Source: the human T2T-CHM13v2.0 reference genome, Homo sapiens
Direction: 5' to 3' (one strand)
NCBI RefSeq assembly: GCF_009914755.1
Contig: NC_060930.1
Length of the DNA stretch: 64,000 bases
This document shows positions 32,040 through 47,067 of this stretch, one piece after another (the stretch's first letter is position 1; each line of letters starts with the position of its first letter). Under the pieces are notes generated by a model. It saw nothing but the letters and a program-made list of their open reading frames with translations. It made no database searches and was not told the DNA's origin. The translations under genes and the position numbers were made by a program.

Positions 32040-33570
32040 TTATCAAAAATATTTTGTGGTTTAGGTATTTATATGTAATGGTAATGTATGCATTCTAAAT
32101 ATGCTCTGTTTTTTTCGTATTTTAATAAAGGATTCATGAAGTCAGTAGTTACTTCTCAGTTTTTCATAAGGTTATATGAAAGTATGTATAACAGAAATTT
32201 TTCATGTATGGCTTAATAAACATTAAGGCATTCATATTATACTAAACAAAGCAAAGAATAAATGAAGCCTTTTATTAAATATAATGAGAAAATTTGAAAA
32301 TCTATTCTTACATGACCACTTCCTTAACTACAGGATTGACATCCCTATAGTCAATAATAGTGGTGTTACAGGTAATTTTCACACGGTTGTCAATAAGACA
32401 ATGGATTGTTTTCTATCTGAGCCTATCATGTTACTCTTCATTTTTAATTAATCTGAATATTATTTAACTTCAGGAATTTCCAGTTTGATTCCCAGGAAAG
32501 TAAATCTAAATAAGGGTTATCTAAAAAACAAAAGAAGGCAACTTTGTTCTTTTTACCCCACAACTTAATGCATAGATGCAAACTGAATTTTTCTAAACTT
32601 TGTATCCATTAGCTCAGTGTGGCTCATCACAAGATACAAGTTTACTGTCATTTAAATATATCAAATATGCAATAAAGATTTTAAGATAAAGAAGTCACCA
32701 GTAGGGAACCTAAGATTTCTTACCTCATACAAAGTATCTCCACAAATGTATTCCCCTAGGGAAGTAGTTTACAAAAGTTAATAAGCTTTGGAATATTTTT
32801 ACCAAATGAGATCTCAAGTGTAAGTTCAATGTATAAAGCAAATATAGTAAAGTTGCTCTAACTGCTTATTGTTTGCCCTACTCCACTCTCCTCTGAGGAA
32901 GTCATCAAGGCTTGGAAGAGGACTTTCTCTACAGCCTAAAGTGAAACACCTCTGCTTTAACTTGAAACATTCAAATAGCATAATACTACACTTCTAACTG
33001 GCAATGCTTCCACAGATATAAGTCCTTAGAGCATCAGTGGCTATTGAGGAAGGAAAATAATAGTCCCTGAATTGATTATTAATTCAGAGTCAGAGAATTA
33101 GGGCAAAAGTGCCATCCCTTCTCTGCCAAAACTTGTCCTAGGTGTTAACTTCTCTATTGCATTTTATATATGTCCCTTCATCTATAAATGAAGAAATTGG
33201 TATCAGAGCACTTGACTGTGAAATAGGAAACATCCCTGTATAATCTACATGTAAAATAAAAAGAAGTACTCTCTGAGATAGTGTATCATATTGAAACTGA
33301 AAGCAATAAATATTTTGTTCAAGGGAATTTGATAGAAATTAATTAATTTTATTAACTGAAAGTATTTTTCCTGCTCACAGTCCAGTGTTCCGTTATCAAT
33401 TTCTTCATTAATTTGGTGTTATAACTGAATACTCACAAGCCTAAACAATTAATGGATTTATTCTCTTTCTTGATATATAAAGACAATAAATGTATATATT
33501 TGTTATATCTTTGTTGCATATATTATGTATTATATATAAAATATAATATAATATTATATATAAATACATA

Positions 33571-33896
33571 CAGTTGACTTTTGAACAACCTGAGAATTAG
33601 GGGTACAGATCCCCAACATGGAAAAAATCTACTTGTAACTTTTGGCTCCCCAAAAGTTAACTAGTAATAACCTACTCTTGACCAGAAGCCTTACCTATAA
33701 CATACACAGTAGATTAACACATATTTTATGCATTCGTGACATAACTAACTTTTCAGTTTTTTCAATGTTTCTAGGCTACCCAGTTTGTGAGGTTTTCCAA
33801 ATTGTCACTAATGTGCGAAAACTTTTCCAAAATATTTATTGAAAAAAATCCTTGTATGAGTAGACTTGCACCGTTCAACTGTGTTGTTCAAGGATG
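33571..33896. mobile_element. Tigger2-family (TcMar) non-autonomous element
   Basis: TA followed by the terminal inverted repeat cagttgacttttgaacaac; matching gttgttcaagg at 33883-33893. Confidence 0.82.
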
Positions 33897-36084
33897 TACG
33901 GAGAGAAAGAGAAATAGAGAGAATAAATCTGTTAATTGTTTAAGCTTGTGAGTATCTAGTTGTAACACCAAAATAAATTTACAAATTAAAAACAGAATTT
34001 ACAAACTAGCAAAAGTCAATGTACAAAAATGATTTAATACAATTACTGTTGTTTTCATGATATTATATTTCTGTTCACAGTGCAAACATGGTATTTCCTG
34101 TACAATGCAAGTTCTACTGTGTTTTACCTGTGTACACGTTATGTGCTAGGGGACACCTCAGTATTCCCTCTGTTACTCTCCCTTTGAGCTGCAATAAAAA
34201 TATCCATTTGTACAACATACCTTAATGACACTTGGCCTTCATTTAGTGGTAATATATTATTTATTCTTCTTTATTCTGGGGGGCCATTGGAAACAAAGAC
34301 TAATTGATGACATAGCAGTTATAACTAGCAACAGAAACAATAGCAGTGATGTCACACAACAGTGCTTGTTCAAGGCTAATGTATAAATAATGCAGAATAT
34401 GTTCACTTGTTTTTTTACCAAAATTAAATTCTCCTAGAAAACTCTTGGAGCTGTAAAATTTATTTCCACATCCAAGTTTGGGAAGAACTGAGGTAAGCTG
34501 CCTGGGTAGTGTAATGTCCTCATTAGATGTCAAACACTTGTACTACTTTAGGGCACTGTACTGAGCCAAAATATCAGGGTTCTAACCCCTAGCTCAGTGG
34601 GTCTCCTTGAGGGAGAAAATGAGTCATTGTTAGCCCCTATGAAAGATTAGTTTTTTCCTCTGTTTCTTCATGGCATAAAATGAGAATAATACCTACTTCT
34701 AGGCTGTTTTAAAGATGAAAAGGGATAATGCATGTAAAAGTATCTTATAAATGGTAAAGTGCAATAAAATACAAGATATCATTAGTGCCTAGTAGCTTAC
34801 CACGTTCAAAAGAGAGAACTTAGAGAAAAGAAAATACTTTTTAAAAAGAGGTAAGTTTTAGTTTCAAAGACTGTGTATTGTAGAAACACTTTCAGATCAT
34901 TTTTTCCCTATTTTTACCTAATTAAAACATGTTTACCTAAGTGTTGCATTAATGCTACGAAGAGCATTAAAAAGTTTTTTTTAACAGAAATTGTGTTTTG
35001 AAGTAGCGTCAAAAATTAGTTTAAATAAATTTATGAAAATTTATCTATGCCCATGCAAACACCTACTCGTATTCCTTTTCTCAGAAAGAAATTTAATTAT
35101 ATGCTTTTAAACTTAAAAAAGACTTGAAACATAATTTGCTAGGACTACTTCATAGAAAAAATTTTTAAGTTATCAAATAACTTTTAGGATACCAACAGAT
35201 AAATTTGAGTCAGTATATATATTTTAAGAAATTTTCTGTAACTAACATGCTTCTTTTACTAAGATTGTGGCAAAAGTTTTATTCTCTGTCTCAAGACTAG
35301 TCATTCTTACTCACTTTCAAATTCTGCCTTAATTATTATAGGATTTCCTTTAATAATAAGTTTTTCTCTGAAAATTACATGCACAAAATTTTGCATTTAA
35401 AAGTAAATATTTAATTCTCCTACCTTGACTGTATGCCACACCAGTTAATTAAAAATAGATTGACTATTATTTGCCCACATAATAAATTAGGTTCAAATTC
35501 CAATAAAACTTTACTCCCTACTTAGTGACTTTCAGGTCAAGTCACATCCTTTTAGACCTTTTGCCAGCATGGAGGGTCATCGTACTCCATTTAGAAAATG
35601 AATCATGAAATAAAAAGTATTTTATTTATTATTCTGAGTTAATATACTTTTTCAGAACAACATATTGCAGATAATTTTCACGTGGTATTCTCAGGCCACA
35701 TAGTTACAAATTATGTCAAATTTTATTTATAAAATAAATGTTATTAACTTACATATGTATTACATGGTACCTTAAAAAATTTTAATAGAAATGGAATTTA
35801 AATGCTTCCTTGTAATTTGGAATGATGTCACATCTATATGAATTCCGTTTACATTTTAACTATTTAAGGAAGTGGAAAAAGCACAGAAAACAAAAGCCAA
35901 TGCAATAGGGGAGATATTGTTTATGAGGCAAACATTTGAAGAAGGAGAGTTGGACACATGTCAGTGATTTGATGGAACTACTAGGGAAATTGAAAGTGTC
36001 TTTGGTCCCTTCATTAGATACTTGGCTCTAATTGGGATAGGGCATATCTGGCTTACTGTGTTTAGCTCCAGGAATCATTTATTT

Positions 36085-36887
36085 TAATTATTTATTATTT
36101 TTATTTTTTAAGTTTTATTTTAAGTACATTCAGGGCTACATGTGCAGGTTAGCTACATAGATAAACTTGTGTCATGGGGGTTTGCTATACAGAATACTTT
36201 GGCACCTAAATATTAAGCCTAGTCCCCATTAGTTATTTTTCCAGATCCTCTTCCTCCTCCCACCCTCCACCCTCTGATAGGCTTCAGTGTCTGTTGTTCT
36301 CCTTGTGTCCATGTGTTCTCATTATTTAGCTCCCATTTACAAGTGAGAACATATGATATTTAGTTTTCTGTTCCTGCATTAATTTGCTAAGGATAATGGC
36401 CTCCAGCTTCATCCATGTTCCTGCAAAAGACATGATCTCATTCTTTTTTTATGGCTGCATAGTATTCCATGGTGTATATATACCACATTTTCTTTATCCA
36501 GTCTAACACTGAGGGGCATTTAGGTTGATTCCCTGTCTTTGCTATTGTGAATAGTGCTGCAATGAACATATGCATGTATGTGACTTTATAATAGAATGAT
36601 TTATCATTCTATCATTGGTGGGTCAAATGGTATTTCTGTTTTTGGGTCGTGCAGGAATCACCACACTGTTTTCCCCAATGGGTGAACTAATTTACACTTC
36701 CATCAACAGTGTATAAGCATTTCTTTTTCTCTGCAACCTTACCAGCAGTTGTTATTTTTTGACTTTTTAGTAATAGCCATTCTGACTGGTATGAGATGGT
36801 ATCTCATTGTGGTTTTGATTGCATGTCTCTAATAATCAGTGCTATTAAGCTTTTTTCCATATACTTATTGGCCATATGTCTATCTTC
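36085..36887 (-). mobile_element. L1PA (older, about PA13-16) 3' end
   Basis: T-rich tail, L1 3' UTR and ORF2 end in antisense. Confidence 0.9.
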
Positions 36888-38478
36888 TGCTTATGATTCC
36901 TCAAGGCCCTGGGGCTCTACAACCAGCAAGTGGCAAAGCCAGCTAGGCCTGTCTTCTTCCCTTCAGGATAGTGAGTTTCCCGAGGCCAGGTGTGAGTCCA
37001 GAGTGCCTTCCAGGAGTCAGGGGCTAGAGTTAAATACCTTAGAAGTCTACCTGGTATTCTATTGTATTGCAGCAGATCTGGCACTCACACCACAAGAAGT
37101 AATCCTTCCCACTCTTTCCTCTCCTTTCCAAAGGCAGAGGAGACTCACCCATAGCCACCACCACTCCAGGCCACAAGGAATAGTTCCAAACTACCTTCAA
37201 TGTTTCCTTAAGGCCCAAGGTCTCTTAAATCACCTTGTCATGAATGCTGCCTGGCCTGGGACTCACCCTTCAGGGCAGTGGACTCCCTTCTGGCCCAGTG
37301 TAGGTCCAGGAGTGCCATCCATGAGTCAAGTCCTGGAATTGGGGACCCAAGAGACTGCTTGGTGCTTTGCCCCATGGTGGCTGCTCTGGTACAAGACAGA
37401 GTCCCCTTTACTTTTCTCTCTGCTTTTCTCAAGCAGAAGTTTTGCCCCATGGACACCATAGCTAGTAATGTGCTGAGTCTCACCTGAGGTCAGTATATCT
37501 CAGAGGCTCACCCAAGGCACTTGATGTAGTACCTGAGTATTGCTGCCGTTTGTTCAGGACCCAAGGACTCTTCAGTTAGCACGTGATGAATCCTGCCAGG
37601 ATTGGGTTGTTTCCTTCAAAGTAGCAGGTTCCCTTCTGTCCCAGGGTGTGTCTAGAAAAGTCATCGGGGAGCCTCTGGAATGAGGGACTGGATCTGGAAT
37701 GGGGTCTTAACGGGGGCCTCACAACTCTGATCAGTGACCTAACCTGCTATGGCTGAGCTGGTGTCCTAGATGCAAATCCTCCTCACTCTTTCCTCTCCTC
37801 ACCTCAAGTAGAAGGAAGAGGTCACTTTTGGAGCCCTGAGCTGTGCAGCCTGGGGTTAAGGGAGGGGTGATGCCAGCACTCCTTTGGGTGCTCCAGTTGG
37901 TGTTTCAGTATGTCATGTGCCAGCCCAGTCCACTGTCCCTGGGCCTAGTTTAGCACTAGGACTCACTTAAGAGATGCAGTCCTCATGGCCTTGACTGCCC
38001 TTGAAGTTTACTTGGAGACACAGAGTGCTGTAGCCCTCAGCGGTGAGGTTTGCAATCACTCAACTTTGGACTGCTGGATTGGTGATTCCCATCTAGCTAG
38101 GGCTGGTTGAAATACTCTTTCCATGGCTGGGCTTCAGTTAAGTTCGATCCAGTTTTCTTTTGTGCTCTAACAGGACAGCAGTGAGTTAAATGCCTCACAG
38201 TTGCTGTGTTCTCCCTCCTCCAGTGCCCAGAGACTCTGCACCAGCCTGTGCTTCAGGGGATGGGGGAGGGGTGATGTCAGTGATTCAGGACTGTTTTCTC
38301 TATCTCTTCACTGCCTCTTTCAGCAATATGAAGTGCAAACCAGGCACTACGAGTACTCACCTGATTTTTGGTTCTTATGAAGGTGTTTTCTCTGTGTAGA
38401 TAGTTGTTAACTTGGTGTCCTTGCAGGGGATGGGGTGGGGGACAATCAGTGAAGCTTTCTATTCCACCGTCTTGCTCC
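36888..38478 (-). mobile_element. L1 5' UTR (L1M1/L1PB-like)
   Basis: GC-richer block with recurring aaggcccaagg..ctct units, ending in the reverse complement of ggagcaagacggtggaatagaaagc (an L1 5' terminus). Confidence 0.8.
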
Positions 38479-39913
38479 CATATGGTAAATTTTTTTAAAA
38501 GGAGGTCCCTTACATATTTTCTGAATTGTCTCAGGACCTAATTTTATTCATAACATCACTCAGTAGATGTTCTGTGCAAGAAATAATACATATTTGGGTT
38601 GTAATAAAATTGCTTTGGGTGAGTGTTGCTTGAGTAACTGACTGCAGGCTTTTGCCTGCCACAACGTGGAATTTCAAAGTGTTCAAAAAATAAACAAATC
38701 TCCCTTGATATGATCTCCCTTGGAGCTTCCTAGCAAGTAGAAGAGGCCACACAATTATGGTTGAACATTCGTGTTTCTACTTTGGAGTCAGAAGCCAAGA
38801 GAATAAATGAATGTTATGATGAAGTTAAGATTTTCTAGCCCTTTAGTAAGAACTGTTATTACTGATGTAAAGGTAGTGATAAAGCAATAAGCCAAACACA
38901 GAGACATATGAACCACAGTTATAAGAAAAGAAAGATTAAACAGAGAAATGTGTTCTGAGAATTAGTACTCTCTACAGGGATAAATCTGGCTTTTATTTGA
39001 AAGGTATTTTTTTCTTTTCTGGTATTAAAGCTAGACCAGACTATAAAGTATCATGTAGAATAGCCACATTGATAATGCTGATGAAATATGCAGGTGTGAT
39101 ATCAGTTAGCATTTTTTCTCTATCTCCTTTTTAGATTTTATTTTATTTTTTGGCTAACCAAACACAATTATTAGAACCAATATTGTTTAAAATAATGTAT
39201 TACCACATACTCAAAACATTTCTTTAGAAAAAATAAAGTACATGCATATTATGGAATAGAATTTTTCTACAGCATTTTAATATAGAATCCTGGAGGAAAT
39301 TGAATGAGGATTATTTAGATGATCTTGTGTTTCTTAAAATTCAGATACTTTAAAAATTTTTATTTCTGCTATTATTTAACTGTTGGTTTTTGTTAGAGAA
39401 AAATCATTGCAAGCTAGGAATAACAAAAAATGATAAAAATGCAAAACAAACTGAGTTAAGGTAAACATTTTAGAGTACCTGAAGAAGTCAAATCCAAGAA
39501 GTACTAACATTAAAAATCCACCAGGAGTTTTTAGGTAATGGCAATGCAATTATTACATCTCAATTGTTTGAAAAAACTGTCTGACTCCATGACTTTCAAA
39601 TATAGATTTTTTGGAGTAAAATAATCAAGTAAGGCTTCTAGAGGAAAAAAAGAAAGGGTTTATTAGTGATGGGACTATAAATCATATCTCTATAGAATTA
39701 AATCAAATTTTTCATTTTTTGATGAGGAATATTCTATTGCTTGATGAATAAAATGATCCTTTGAGTTGTATCATTTTTCCTTCAACAAACAATTCTGCAT
39801 TATAACTTATTACTTTAACTGGATATATTAGTCATTAGTACTTTCCTCATTTTTCTTTCTCTAGTCTAGTAGGCACAATAATGCTTCCCCACACTCTGGA
39901 AGTTAGGCATGGC

Positions 39914-40145
39914 TATAAGGCTGGGACTAGAGCGGAGGGAAAGAGATCTTCATTTCTGGTGCAAAATTTAAGGAGGTGCCAAAACACAGTAATCAAAAAA
40001 AAATGTTCAATGCAATATCTTAAAGAATCAAAATTAATGCAAAAAAATTCCAGTATGATCAAAATATCTAAATGTTAATAATGGTATGATGAATAATAAT
40101 GATTTCTCTTTTTGTCTTTGGCTGCAACATGGCAGGGTTGGCTCT
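39914..40145. mobile_element. MER96B-like (hAT-Tip100) element
   Basis: gctgggactagag...gcaaaatttaaggaggtgccaaaa...aatcaaaattaatgcaaaaaa. Confidence 0.7.
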
Positions 40146-40296
40146 GTACTGATTCATGATTGAGTGGTATCTAAACATAATAACATGAATTTAAAACCAT
40201 GCTCATGGGAGGATTCAATTATTGGACATACATATGTAACAAAAATTATTAAAATAATAGAATCACACTATCAATCAAATGTATTCAAACAACATC

Positions 40297-40601
40297 TTTT
40301 TTTTTTTTTTTTTTGAGACGGGGTCTTTTTCTGTCACCCAGGCTAGAGTGCAGTAGCCTGATCTCGGCTCACTGTAGCCTCCACCTCTTGCATTCACGTT
40401 CATTGATTCTCTTGCCTCAGCCTCCCAAGTATCTGAGATTGCAGGCACCCACCACCACTCCTGGCTAATTTTTGTATTTTTGGTAGAGACAGGGTTTCGC
40501 CATGTTGGCCAGGCTGGTCTCAAACTCCTGACGTCAAGTGATCCACTTGTCTTGGCCTCCCAAAGTGCTGGGATTACAGGCGTGAACCACCGTGTCTGGC
40601 C
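40297..40601 (-). mobile_element. AluS
   Basis: Full antisense dimer, with aacatct on both sides. Confidence 0.95.
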
Positions 40602-42488
40602 ATCAAACATCTAATTCCATTGAATAGTAATTCAATGGGTTGACAATTTAATGGATCACTACCTTACTGCTAAATCTTTATGTAATTATTTGCAAATAGA
40701 GAGTTTTATAAAGAAAATATGTTTAAAAAGCAGGAAATTCTTCTCACATACAGATCTGATCAGAAAGTTATTTAATCAGACTTTGTTGATTTATTTAATG
40801 AATTAGTAATTAAGCATCTCATGCTTAATTGAAAGTTTTCTAAATATATAATGGGAGTGCAAGAAAAGTCCTTGTCTTTAAAAGACTCACAATCTTACTG
40901 AACAAACCAATACCCTCAACATCTTATCCCCAGAAGACTGAGTTATAAGAATTTAAGTCAATTGTTTGGGACTTAAAGTGCATTTTCCTCAAGAAACACA
41001 ATTAGAAAAATAGTTGGTTTCTGAAGCTCTATTTTAAATCCTACTAAACCAAAGCAGTCTACTGGGGAAATTATTAGTGCACACTCACATTTAATTCTTC
41101 TCTCTCTCTCTCCTGAGCACATAGGAAGACTAGATACCTTATATCTCTTGTAACAGTGTGAGACCATGTGACAAGTTTAGATCAATGGAATGTGAGAGAA
41201 GTGATGTATGAAGAGTAGTGGAACCTCATGTATGGTACACTTACCATTTGTATTACCTGGAAGAAAGGGATCTCTCTGATAAGAAATGGAGTGGGCGCAA
41301 TAAGACCTGAAAGCCCTGTAGAAAAAGTCTTCTTGGTCAAAATTACCAATAACAGCTCTTAGAGCTTGGATGATAAGATGGTGCCCACATAGAGGCAGAC
41401 TGGAACTCAGGAAGCAAGTAACTCAGACAGGTTGCCTACCAAGTTATCTGTACTTTGAATACTGATATGGCTGTTTCAAGACTGAATTTAAAAATATGGC
41501 AAAACCAACAACTCTAAGGAGCAAATTTGTTGAGAAGTATCAGAAATATGTGCTGTGAAAGTCTTCCTATGTTTATATGTTTTCTAATTACCAAGTTTAT
41601 CCTTTTAAAAAAGTTAGCAGCTAGTTAAAGCTTTTAAAGTTTCTAATCTATTTTACCTGTCCTACATGAAATCAGAGGGAGAACATATGCTAATGATTAG
41701 GCCACAGTGTTAAAAGGAAAATAGTATGTGCCTGTCTGTAGTAAGAATTTTGTTGCCTCTGGTAACTGAAGCAAGGGAAAGTACAACTCAGAGATCCTTG
41801 GGGATACCATGAGAAGACTCTCCTTGGAGAGAAAAACCTTGAAGTCTCTGCGTTCTTTTACTAGAGTGAGCATATTTCCTGGTTGGACAATGCTGAATTA
41901 AGGAGAAGGCTGAGTCAGAGCAGATTATAATATTTTAACCCTAAATGGCAAGAAAAATAACACCTTTGACAGGAACAGAAGATTGGAGAACATTAGGTGG
42001 AAGCTGAAGAATTCTGGTTTGGATTTATTGAGTCGGAAATGATGGCAGAATAGCTTATTAAGTGCCGATTATGTGCCAGATTTGCTTGTGCTCTGTGTCC
42101 AGATTTCCTAAGCAAATTCTGGGTTAAAAGATAGAAATCATGTTTAAATAATTATCGTATTTAATAACATGGGCAATTTTCCATGGTGGCAGAGAGGAGA
42201 AAATGGATAACTTTGAGGGTCTCATATGCTTCACTGATAATAGAATATTTTGAGTTTTATCTAAAATGATGAGCATAAACTTGCCAGATAAACTAGCAAA
42301 GAAGAGGTAAAGGCAAAGATAATCACAGAGAGGAAACAGGTAGGCTCTAACTGTATAAAATCACATAATATATTTGGCTCACTAAAAATAATTTTTATGG
42401 GGTGAGAAGAAGAAAGAGCATAATAAAAGGTGACTCGGAGAACATGGCTTGCAACATCATAAAGAATAGGCCATGAAATGAAGTTTAG

Positions 42489-42838
<350 letters not shown>

Positions 42839-45639
42839 CACTACTGCACGTTTTTAAGAAGAGGAGTGACTGATCAAATTCATAGTTTAGAAAGATCAAT
42901 CTGACAAAGCAGTATGACAAATGGATTATATAAGGACAATATAAGGTGTATAGGGATTTATGAGGCCTTTAAGATATTTCAGGTGAAAAATGATGAGAAC
43001 CTAAAAAGTATCAGTGTCTATAAAAAGGAGAGAATGAACACCAAACTTACACTTGCAATATAAAGCCAATCTATTTTGACGACATCATAGATGTAGTGTC
43101 CACTAATTGGGGATGGTTTAGGTTGGATTGGGATGAGAATGGAATGATGCAGTTATTGAGGCAAAGGAAAATATGTAAGATGACAGTCAGTTTTCTAGCT
43201 TGGTAGTCATTCTTTTTCACTAGTCATTATGGGGTCAAATGGAGTGCCTACTGATCCATAAGATGTGCTAATTGTTACCATCGACTACAGTTAACTTGAA
43301 TTCCATGTGTCTAGTCTGCCTCTACTCAACAATTACAAGAGTTTCTTGGAGCTTCAGAATTGGTAGGGAACATGTTAGTTTTGTTGTAATTAATAAAAGT
43401 ACCAAAAAGCCCAAGAGATCTGAACAAGAAGGTCTTTGTCTGAAAGAACACAGGGGTTTCCCTTTAGTCCATGCTTCTAAAAACAAGTACATTGGTACCA
43501 ATCTAGTGTTGCTGTGGAGAAATTAGGGTCTATCTTTGTTGTTCCACTTTGCTTCAAAACATGCACCTGAGAGGGACACAGCTCTTCCTCCAGTGTGTGG
43601 TTGCCCAGGATCTAAGGTCTGTCTGGTTTATCCTAGTTATTTCCCTTTCTCTTGTGTTTTCTTTTCATTATTCAGAATTAAAGCAATGATCTCATCTTAG
43701 TTTTCCAAAAACAAAAAGAGAATTTATTAGATCAACAAAAATTCAGTAAAATAGTAAGAAAATACCCATGCATTATAAGACAATAAAACCTCTATTGCTT
43801 TTCTTATTTAATAGGCTACTGGGCTTGTTCTTCTTAGAGACTTCTTTGAGAAAATAAAGAATATGAAATATTTTGTTCATGTGAAATCCTAGTTCTGTTT
43901 TTAGTAACATGGCTTTAAACAGGGTATCTACAGATTTGTTAATGCCAATGGAATAATACTTTAAATCTGGTGACCCAGAATAAAATTTCTGCAAAATTTC
44001 ATTTATATGTCCAATAATAAGAGATCAAAAGCCCTGATACTCTTGAACACTTTGACCTGTGAAAACCTACAGGCTACTTTCCCACAGGTACAGAAGCTTC
44101 TTATCAGGCTCCACAGATACTATAGGCTGGGTCTGCAACCAAAAAGAGCATTCAAAGTTTTGGAAAAGAATAGAGAATAGTAGCTGGTAAGAAATCATGG
44201 AAGTAATACAAGGAGGTGTAAAGTAAAAAGGATCACAGTAATACAAGGAAGTAAAAAGTAAAAAATGATACCACAAATGAGGAAGAGAGATACCAAGAAG
44301 TTAGGGAAGTTGATTATAGTTTCAAGCTGAAAAAAATGAAGAGGGTCAAAATTCACATACTCTCTTAATAAATTTCAAACAGCCATTCTCCCATTACATT
44401 CATGCTGGTTTTTGTACAAAACCAGTTTTCATAATTATGACTGGTTTTTTTGTTTAGTGGAGCCAAACTGTAATGTGTGCCAGTTAAGAATGCTGGGGCA
44501 GACATTCATGGAGAGGATAGTATTCCCTTATAAATTCAATAAATTGTGTGTGCCACTTAGAGTAAAACAGTATGTTTAGTTTAAGTTTGACATATTGAAG
44601 GCTTTTTTGGCTTTAATAGCAATATTATTACATTATTTATTAGGCATTTAATGGTGCCATTTCATATAATTCTCATTCTGCTCTCCTCTGTCCTTCTGCT
44701 TTTTCTCCTCCTTCTCCCTCACCTTCTTCTGTTACTCATATCTCCTAAAAGTCATCTGAAGACAAATTAGACTTAGAACATTCACCATAATGCTTCGGGA
44801 AGGTTGTCACAGATATCCCCTCACCAGACATTTCAACAAGTTGATTGTATCACATACCATTTAGCCACAGTTTTTAAAATTTATTCACTTATTTTTGGAT
44901 GCATAATAAATGTACATAGTTTTGGGGTAGACATATTGAGTTTTAAGTGTCTGTAAAATATTGATGGGAATATCTGACAGAGAGTGGTAGAAATTTCTGA
45001 GGCTTAAGAGAAACAAATACTAAGAAGAACATAGGGTAAGAATGTTGCTGTTCAAATCAAGGGAGAAATGCATCTTAAGGATAATTGAGTACTCAACAGC
45101 TTGAACACCAAAATGAGGTCCTTATCTCAACACCAGCCCATTGGCTGGTGGGCTTTTCCACCACTACCCAACTCAGGTCTTCTCTGCTCATTTTATTTTT
45201 AAGAGCTGACTCTTATATCTGTATTTTCAGACACTTATTAATGCATGGCACTATAAGTATATATCCAAAGATAATAACTATTTACATCATTCCCAAATAT
45301 TGCCTGTTACTTGAATTCACTAATCGTATGCCCTTCTAACAACAGTCAGTACCTACTTTTAACGATGGTTGTAGGCATGAAGAAAGAGTTTAACATTCCG
45401 TTACGTCTCTATGACCCATTTAATTTCTTTGCAGAGCCAGTATTTATATTCTGATTATAATTCCAAGAATCGGGCTTTTCTTGATGGGGGTAGAGATTAT
45501 ACCCATTATCCAAAAATTTGTCCTCTTTTAATAGATAGTTGAGCTCTATCTGTGATGTATTATATATTTTTGATAGCAGTTACCTTTATCTTAATCTTAT
45601 CTGACCAATCTACTGCATTTGGCACAGTGAAAATTGTCT

Positions 45640-46860
<1,221 letters not shown>

Positions 46861-46994
46861 TGTATATTTGTACATATGCACACATATACTGTCCATATGT
46901 ATAAAATGTTAAATACATAGTTCCACCTCCTCTCATTCCTCTCTGTGAGTGCCGTGGACTGCAGTTGCTTCTAATTTGCTATCTTGGCCTCTCC

Positions 46995-47067
46995 TCAACT
47001 AAAATATTTTTTAACTTCCAATGGGTTTATCAAGACATAACCCCATTGTAAGACAAGAATATCTGTA
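46995..47067. mobile_element. Tigger4/MER46 terminal fragment
   Basis: aacttccaatgggtttatcaagacataaccccattgtaag...tctgta. Confidence 0.65.

Noticed and set aside
36796-37461. Longest ORF in the window (221 aa)
   Set aside because: It is an antisense read across the L1 3'/5' UTR junction, with no recognisable domain.
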